Shown: one piece after another, positions 58,152 to 64,000 of the stretch
Layout of the letters: each line of letters starts with the position of its first letter
How positions within the stretch are numbered: the first letter of the stretch is position 1
Assembly (NCBI GenBank): GCA_044226015.1
Contig: JBGAHS010000001.1
Coordinates: forward strand, 320,001-384,000
Direction: 5' to 3'
DNA: 64,000 nucleotides
From: Candidatus Obscuribacteraceae bacterium
GTDB lineage: Bacteria > Cyanobacteriota > Vampirovibrionia > Obscuribacterales > Obscuribacteraceae
Notes under the pieces: model-generated
Told to the model about the DNA's origin: nothing
The model's database searches: none
The model's input: the letters and a program-made list of their open reading frames with translations, nothing else
Made by a program: the position numbers and the translations under genes

Positions 58152-59915
58152 ATGGAACCCGACGACAGTCAATCAAAAGGCAAGCAATTAGGCTCAGAAG
58201 ATTTGGAAAAAATCGCTGGCGAAATGTCAGAGGCGTTGATCAAAAATCCTCGCTTGATGGATGAGCTTTCGTCGCGATTGCCAACAGAGTTCAGTTTTGT
58301 ATTGCGTCAATTGCCTCACGATCAGGAGGCAATGGAAACTTTCGTTTCTGCGATTATGCCTCTGCTCGAAAAAGAAAAGCGCTTGAGCGAAAAAATGAAC
58401 GAGGGTGACAAAATTGATTTCTTCCTCGACTTGATGGACAAACCCGAATTTATCAATTGGATAATTCAAGCAATTACTGGTAAAGATGCGGCGGAGATTC
58501 AAGAGTTCGGCTCGCCAACGTGGTTGAGTAAATCACAAAAAGGCGCAGATTTGCTTGAGCAAAGACAGTTTGAAGAGGCAAAAGATTTGCTCTTGCAAGC
58601 CCTCGAAGAATGCGATCGCGACCGTCCTAACAGTTTGTGGAGTTTTGCTATTCTTCGTGCTTTGGCTGTCGCTTGCGGCGGCGCGGGCGATGTTGATCGG
58701 CTTGAGCCACTTCTTAAAAGATGGATTGATTCTGCTGAAAGCAAATTGGGTGGATGGCACCCAGAGCTGGCCTATCCCTATTCTATGATGGCTCTGGTTC
58801 GTGAAGAAAATGGAAATCTTGTTGAGGCTGAGACTTTATACAAAAAAGCTGTAGCCATTCTTGAGCGCTCTGAGGGACCTCAAGACGAAGACCTGATGAA
58901 CTCTATTCATGAGCTGGGGTTCTTCTACTTTAGGCAGAAGCGATTCGATGAGGCTCGACCTTTACTAAAGCGCGTGTTGGAAACACTTGAGAGCATCGGA
59001 CAAGTTGAAGAAATCAAAATTGAATATCTCGAAGCACTCGCCGTAATGGACGCTGAGGAAGGCAAGTTTGAGAGTATAGAGGGATATTGTCGGAGAATTC
59101 TCACTTTTTGCGAGCAAAATCCTGCCGAGTTTGAAGATTCCTGGTATCCGTTGGGCTTGCTGGCTTGTTCGTTTTTGGCTAAAGACAAATTCGGTGAGGC
59201 CGCCGTTGCCTTCGATGTGGTTCTTGAAAAAATGCAAGCTGCCACCATTGAAGACAATGAGAAGTTGGCTCTGGTATTGAATTCTTATATAGATTTGCTG
59301 AAGGCTAAGGGGCGCGAGCGAGAAGCTTCTTTGGTAAATGCGCAGGCTCAGAGAATCGTTTATCAAGAACTGGAAATCAAAACTCAGACCGATGAAATTG
59401 TTTCGGATGAACTTCCAATTGAAATCGTTGCGTATAGTTTTTATCGTCTGGCAGGAAACGACGCCGCTGATGCTTGGAAATTTATGGATCCCGAAGAGCG
59501 TGATCAGAAGCTCAGGCAAGTGCTGGTTTCTTCTCTCCAGGCTTTCTTCATCAGCACTGATTTCTTGAGAATATGTACCGATTTCAAAGAAATTGAAGAG
59601 GAGTTTCAAGATATCATTTCGTCTCATCCCGATCTCAAAGGACTGGAAGTCGTTTTCCAGTTTCGAGAGTTCAGTGATAAAGGTGGGTTCTTGCAGATAT
59701 TGGGTAAACTTCAACGAGCCATTCAGCTTTCATCGTCGGGTCAAAGTGATGAAGCAGAATCTCTGTACGAGGAGTCGCTGAATGATTCAATGCGCTTTCC
59801 GCGTTCTGATTTGAATAAATATGTCAAAGAGATCTTCATCGATTACCTCGTGAATTCTGGTCAGGAAGACCGAGCAAGTGACCTTCGTCGGCAGGATGAG
59901 TCTGAGTCTGATTAG
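58152..59915 (+). CDS. Acidic TPR-containing protein
   Basis: Repeats such as HPELA..EAETLYKKAV and ELGFFYFRQKRFDEA. Confidence 0.85.
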   Translation: MEPDDSQSKGKQLGSEDLEKIAGEMSEALIKNPRLMDELSSRLPTEFSFVLRQLPHDQEAMETFVSAIMPLLEKEKRLSEKMNEGDKIDFFLDLMDKPEFINWIIQAITGKDAAEIQEFGSPTWLSKSQKGADLLEQRQFEEAKDLLLQALEECDRDRPNSLWSFAILRALAVACGGAGDVDRLEPLLKRWIDSAESKLGGWHPELAYPYSMMALVREENGNLVEAETLYKKAVAILERSEGPQDEDLMNSIHELGFFYFRQKRFDEARPLLKRVLETLESIGQVEEIKIEYLEALAVMDAEEGKFESIEGYCRRILTFCEQNPAEFEDSWYPLGLLACSFLAKDKFGEAAVAFDVVLEKMQAATIEDNEKLALVLNSYIDLLKAKGREREASLVNAQAQRIVYQELEIKTQTDEIVSDELPIEIVAYSFYRLAGNDAADAWKFMDPEERDQKLRQVLVSSLQAFFISTDFLRICTDFKEIEEEFQDIISSHPDLKGLEVVFQFREFSDKGGFLQILGKLQRAIQLSSSGQSDEAESLYEESLNDSMRFPRSDLNKYVKEIFIDYLVNSGQEDRASDLRRQDESESD

Positions 59916-60232
59916 CTGCCTGCAATATTTCACTTTCATGTCAGTTGGTATTGATAAATTGCAGTAACGATTGGGCTGCTTTTTTGCTCCGCTCAATCTT
60001 GTTTGCTAACGACAATGAGCCGGAACCGCTTAAAGAAAGGGTGGTTCGGAGGATGAGGCTAAAAATTGCTTTTGATGAATTCGGTCTAAACCCTTGGGAC
60101 GCAAGGCTTTTGGAAGTTGATTCTGTGATTCATTTAATGCGGTTTCCCCCATTCTTTTCCTGAATCTTTCGGGCACTTTAGTTAGACTCAGATGTCAGTT
60201 GGTTGGGAAGTTCTGATTGGAGTCTTAGGGAC

Positions 60233-61252
60233 ATGAGTCATGGCGGTTTGGGAGGTGGCGGAAGCCACGGTCACGGTGGGCACGGCGCGGCAGCCATGGG
60301 TATGCATGCTGACCAATCTCCTAGTTGGAATATGGCTATGCAAGCCGAAAAGTCTGAGAAGGATCTCTCTAAGAGAATGTCCCTCTTTGACCCAAGATTG
60401 GTAATCGTCATTTCATTGATTGTTTTTGTCACACTCATCACTTTGCCTTACACCATGGATTATATGCAGAGCCAGGGTATGGGCGGCGGCAATTCTGAGC
60501 CTGTGCCTGACTCAAGCGGACCTTCGCTTGCGGCTCTTTCGATGGTAGGAACTACCATGATGGGTGGACACGTAGAACTTCCCGAGAGCGCAATGGAGAA
60601 AATCGCCGAGGCTCAAGGTGGTCATAATCGTGGGCGCGAGCGAATGAGAGAGCTGGTTTCAACAGACCAATCATCACAACTCAATGAGAATAGTTCGGTT
60701 GCTGATCAGCAATCGGAGGCTGCGCGCTCAGCAGCGGAATATGTCCATGATGCACCAGAACTGGCATCAAAGTCAGCAAACGATACCGTTGCTGCAATGG
60801 TAGAAGCTTCGGGTTTGAATCATGGGGCTAGCCGTTCTGCGGCTGCTAGCTCACAAGCTGCACTATCTAGTTTTGGAGCACCGATGCAAGCTGGCGCGAT
60901 TCAGTCTGTTCAAGCGGCACCTGCTGTTGCCATCGAATATGGTGGCGCAATGAAGAGTGCAACCCAGGACTACTACGTTTACATACCAGGGCAGGCTCCT
61001 GCTGAGGCTGCCCTTCCGCAAACTGCTGCTCTTGTTCGGACAAGGCAGCAAGTGGCTATGGCTGAACCTAGAGTAGAACAGATGGCTCCTCAGATTCCAT
61101 ATGATCCAAGTTCGCCCTTCAATCCATCAACAAGTGCTATGGTTGCTCCTATGGGACTGCGCAATCATGCTGGGGCGCCGACTATGCCATTAGTGCCAAG
61201 CACTAGAGGGCAAGATGGTTCGACTCGATTTAAAGTACTTGTTTCGAAATAG
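60233..61252 (+). CDS. Single-pass membrane hypothetical protein with a His/Gly-rich N-terminus
   Basis: SHGGLGGGGSHGHGGHG, one TM, Ala/Ser/Pro-rich tail. Confidence 0.7.
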   Translation: MSHGGLGGGGSHGHGGHGAAAMGMHADQSPSWNMAMQAEKSEKDLSKRMSLFDPRLVIVISLIVFVTLITLPYTMDYMQSQGMGGGNSEPVPDSSGPSLAALSMVGTTMMGGHVELPESAMEKIAEAQGGHNRGRERMRELVSTDQSSQLNENSSVADQQSEAARSAAEYVHDAPELASKSANDTVAAMVEASGLNHGASRSAAASSQAALSSFGAPMQAGAIQSVQAAPAVAIEYGGAMKSATQDYYVYIPGQAPAEAALPQTAALVRTRQQVAMAEPRVEQMAPQIPYDPSSPFNPSTSAMVAPMGLRNHAGAPTMPLVPSTRGQDGSTRFKVLVSK

Positions 61253-62138
61253 TCCGCCAGGCTTTTGTGGGAAAGTAATCTGAATTAGGCCATTGCGACG
61301 GAACTCTTTCCAGAATTCCGTCAGCAAAAACTGTTTGCAGATCTAGCTCATTTAGATAGACATATCCAATATGGCAGCCGCAAGTTTTAGCGCTGCATGG
61401 GCGTTCTTTCAAGATAGTGTGCAGTGGGTCGCTGTAAAGATTTCCAAGTACACTCTCGATGAAGTGGCATCGACGAATATTCCCGTCGCCATCGACCGAG
61501 ATAACGTCCTTTCCTGTCTTGCAAACTTTTCCTTCGCTTTTGTGGTACTGGTTGTTTAGTTCAAAGAGAGGGTCTATCTCACTCAACTCTGTAATCTCAG
61601 AATCAGAATAGTAGTTGGCTTCTCTTTTGAACGCATTGACCCATAAATACACAGATTCTGGAAGTGTTTCTCGCAGTGTTCGAATTGCCTCGAAGTTTTC
61701 TTTCAGCCCCACTATTCCAACACTGTATTTTATGCCTTGGGCGCTGAGCTGTGAGCACTGCTTCAGAAATTTGCTTTCAGTGACTTCGCCTGGGTGATAA
61801 GTCGCCCATATTCCTACTTTGTCGCGATTGCAATCTTTCAACCAGTCGAGTTTGCAAGATAGATTTGTCTGCACCGCAACTTTTTGCACGTTGGGTAAGT
61901 TGGTCAATTCTACAAAGGCTTGCTGATATCGAGGATGAATCAGGGCTTCTCCCCAGGGCGTGAAAAAAATGGAAAAGGCGATGTCTTTGCTTCGCTTGAT
62001 GAAGTCCGTAAATCTTTTTAGTGCTGCTTCATCTTTTTCGTGCTCTTCACGTGTTTCAAGATGCTTTGCAAATGGGCAGTAGGGGCAGCCGTAATTGCAG
62101 CTTGAGAGCGGTCCTCGGTACAGAATTGACAAATCCAT
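61230..62138 (-). CDS. STM4011-family radical SAM protein
   Basis: LSILYRGPLSSCNYGCPYCPFAK, FTPWGE, C-terminal CxCHIGY. Confidence 0.9.
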   Translation of the reverse strand: MDLSILYRGPLSSCNYGCPYCPFAKHLETREEHEKDEAALKRFTDFIKRSKDIAFSIFFTPWGEALIHPRYQQAFVELTNLPNVQKVAVQTNLSCKLDWLKDCNRDKVGIWATYHPGEVTESKFLKQCSQLSAQGIKYSVGIVGLKENFEAIRTLRETLPESVYLWVNAFKREANYYSDSEITELSEIDPLFELNNQYHKSEGKVCKTGKDVISVDGDGNIRRCHFIESVLGNLYSDPLHTILKERPCSAKTCGCHIGYVYLNELDLQTVFADGILERVPSQWPNSDYFPTKAWRTISKQVL

Positions 62139-62141
62139 ATT

Positions 62142-63488
62142 CTATTTTGCCTCATATGAATTCATCAGTTCTTTGATTTCTTCAGAATAAAGTGCGTAGC
62201 TGATCGAGTCGGATAGGCTCAGTCCAAGCGCATTCAATTTTATGAAGCCAGATTCCTCGTAAGCTATTCCTTCGGCAATAAACCCATTCAGAATGTTTAT
62301 GTCGCTGAGAGGATTTGATGCGAATTCCGCCTGGTAAGCGTCAATGGAAAGCCCGTCACTCTGCAGTAAAGACTGAATGATAAAACGACGCTTACGTTCT
62401 GTTTGGTCTAGCTCAATTCCGTAAGAAACAAATGAAAAGTCGCGCTCAGTCAATTGGATGTATCTGTCAATTATTGACTTTACTTCTTCTTTCTGGACAG
62501 CGTATGCGCCTGAGTAGTGGATGCTTTTGGTGTATGAACGTGCTCCTGCGCCGATGCCGATCATGCCATCTACCTGGCAACAATATTTTGTGCTTCCGCT
62601 TGCTGCTGTTGTTTTGCGCCTGAACATGCGCATTGATAATTGCTCGTAATCATGTTGTTTCAAAAAACTGCAGGCGATGCTATAGAGTTTGTCTCTGCTG
62701 TCTTCCCATTCTTTGCCCCTTCTACCCATGCCGGTAAGTGGTCTGACGTAGAGGGGGTAGATGAAGATTTCTTCCGGGTTGAATTGCATACTTCGTTCAA
62801 GAGAATAAAGCCATGATTCTTGTGTTTGTGATGGCAACCCGTAAATCAGGTCGATGTTGAATATTGGAAACGCCTGCTCTTTGATGGCTGCTAGCGCATT
62901 TTCCAGCTCTCTGAGGTTTGTGCCTCGCCCTACTTCTTTTAGCTCGGACTCTACAAAGCTCTGAACGCCGATGCTAACTCGGTGGACGTTTTTTCGCTTT
63001 AGTAATTCCAGTTTTTCTGGGTTGGCAGTACCGGGAGATGTTTCTATACCAATCGGTATTTCGTGTCCTTTGACGCCAAAAGTTCTTTCTGCAATTTCAA
63101 ACAATTCTTCCAATGATTCCAATGACAGGAAGGTAGGCGTGCCACCACCAATAGCCACGTTGGCTACTTGAGCGGCCGAAATACTCGCTTTTACAGCTCT
63201 AGCCTGTAGCGCAAGTGATTGCATGTACAGTCTCTCCTGCTCGGAAGCTGGATGTGCAGTTGTGAAAAGATTACAGAAACCACAACGCATCTCGCAAAAA
63301 GGTATGTGAAAGTAGAGGAATAGAGATGAGCACTTCTCGTTTTTCCAAACGTCTGAAAGTTGCCTGGGTGCCTCGAAAGTTCTATATGCCGTTTTGTGCG
63401 GATATGAGTAAGCGTAAGCACAATAGCGATTGTCTTTGAGTCGTTCTAAGAGGCTTTCTGAATGCAATGTGGAATTAATTACTGTCAT
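62142..63488 (-). CDS. STM4012-family (HemN-like) radical SAM protein
   Basis: YAYSYPHKTAY, HIPFCEMRCGFCNLF, GGGTPT, YPLYVRPLTG, YCCQVDGMIG. Confidence 0.9.
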   Translation of the reverse strand: MTVINSTLHSESLLERLKDNRYCAYAYSYPHKTAYRTFEAPRQLSDVWKNEKCSSLFLYFHIPFCEMRCGFCNLFTTAHPASEQERLYMQSLALQARAVKASISAAQVANVAIGGGTPTFLSLESLEELFEIAERTFGVKGHEIPIGIETSPGTANPEKLELLKRKNVHRVSIGVQSFVESELKEVGRGTNLRELENALAAIKEQAFPIFNIDLIYGLPSQTQESWLYSLERSMQFNPEEIFIYPLYVRPLTGMGRRGKEWEDSRDKLYSIACSFLKQHDYEQLSMRMFRRKTTAASGSTKYCCQVDGMIGIGAGARSYTKSIHYSGAYAVQKEEVKSIIDRYIQLTERDFSFVSYGIELDQTERKRRFIIQSLLQSDGLSIDAYQAEFASNPLSDINILNGFIAEGIAYEESGFIKLNALGLSLSDSISYALYSEEIKELMNSYEAK

Positions 63489-64000
63489 TCTGATGTCCTC
63501 GGTCGGCAGGAACAATCAGCTCCAGGTAGGGCACATTCCAGATGACAGGGTGGTTGATGCGATGTCCGGTGAATCCATCTTCACCGTATGCGGTGCCGTG
63601 GTCTGAGCATATGATGGCGAGGAATGCACCGCGGGCAGACATGGCATTGAAAAGCGCTGACATTTGAGAATCGACATATGCCAATGCAGCTTTCTGTGTT
63701 TCCGTTGAATCGCTCTTCGCGCCCGGCATGAAGATGCAGTTTGGCTGATGCAGCGCAGAAACATTCATGAAAAGAAAAAGTCTTTGCTTGCTTTCAATTG
63801 CCTCTATGGACTGCACTGCTTGTACAACCTGATGCCTCGTACTTTCGTTGTTTGTAACACCCATTTCGCTGCACCAATAGCTGTCCTGAAAAAGGCTCGG
63901 TAGCACGTTTCCCAGAGGGTTCTGCTTGTTGAAGAAGCCGACACCACCAATACAGATGGTTCGATATTGATGCGCTGCGAACCCCGATATTATGTCGGGG
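63475..64000 (-). CDS. STM4013/SEN3800-family hydrolase (alkaline phosphatase superfamily), 5' end outside the window
   Basis: Frame open to the window edge: TICIGGVGFFNK, ALHQPN, SDHGTAYGEDGFTGHR. Confidence 0.88.
   Translation of the reverse strand, partial: PDIISGFAAHQYRTICIGGVGFFNKQNPLGNVLPSLFQDSYWCSEMGVTNNESTRHQVVQAVQSIEAIESKQRLFLFMNVSALHQPNCIFMPGAKSDSTETQKAALAYVDSQMSALFNAMSARGAFLAIICSDHGTAYGEDGFTGHRINHPVIWNVPYLELIVPADRGHQNDSN

Overview
A 64 kb gene-dense bacterial chromosomal segment. The cyanobacterial-type 6S-like RNA, the porin-type SLH protein, the Ser/Thr kinase-TPR and PAS histidine kinase genes, and the absence of photosynthesis genes suggest a non-photosynthetic cyanobacterial relative (Vampirovibrionia/Obscuribacterales-like); this assignment is inference only. 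Housekeeping genes include recN, tRNA-Gln(TTG), rplY, prmA, apbC/mrp and a gatD-like gene. Also present are a HicBA toxin-antitoxin pair, an Hpt/REC/GGDEF signalling cluster and the 3' end of an STM4013-STM4012-STM4011 radical SAM cluster. Five observations stand out. (1) Four proteins share an unrecognised N-terminal domain of about 230 aa, rich in Gly/Ala and lacking a signal peptide, fused to three unrelated enzyme folds (two protealysin-like M4, one S53, one DJ-1/PfpI); this is a candidate polymorphic effector or delivery system. (2) Five copies of a small element each encode an exactly 20-codon peptide followed by a near-invariant RNA module of about 70 nt ending in a terminator. (3) The ORF track misses an ArsC-family selenoprotein with an in-frame UGA in a UxxC motif and a SECIS hairpin. 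(4) An internally duplicated histidine kinase has halves that are complementarily degenerate. (5) A GGAAAATC motif array lies upstream of recN. All calls come from reading the sequence; no searches were run.
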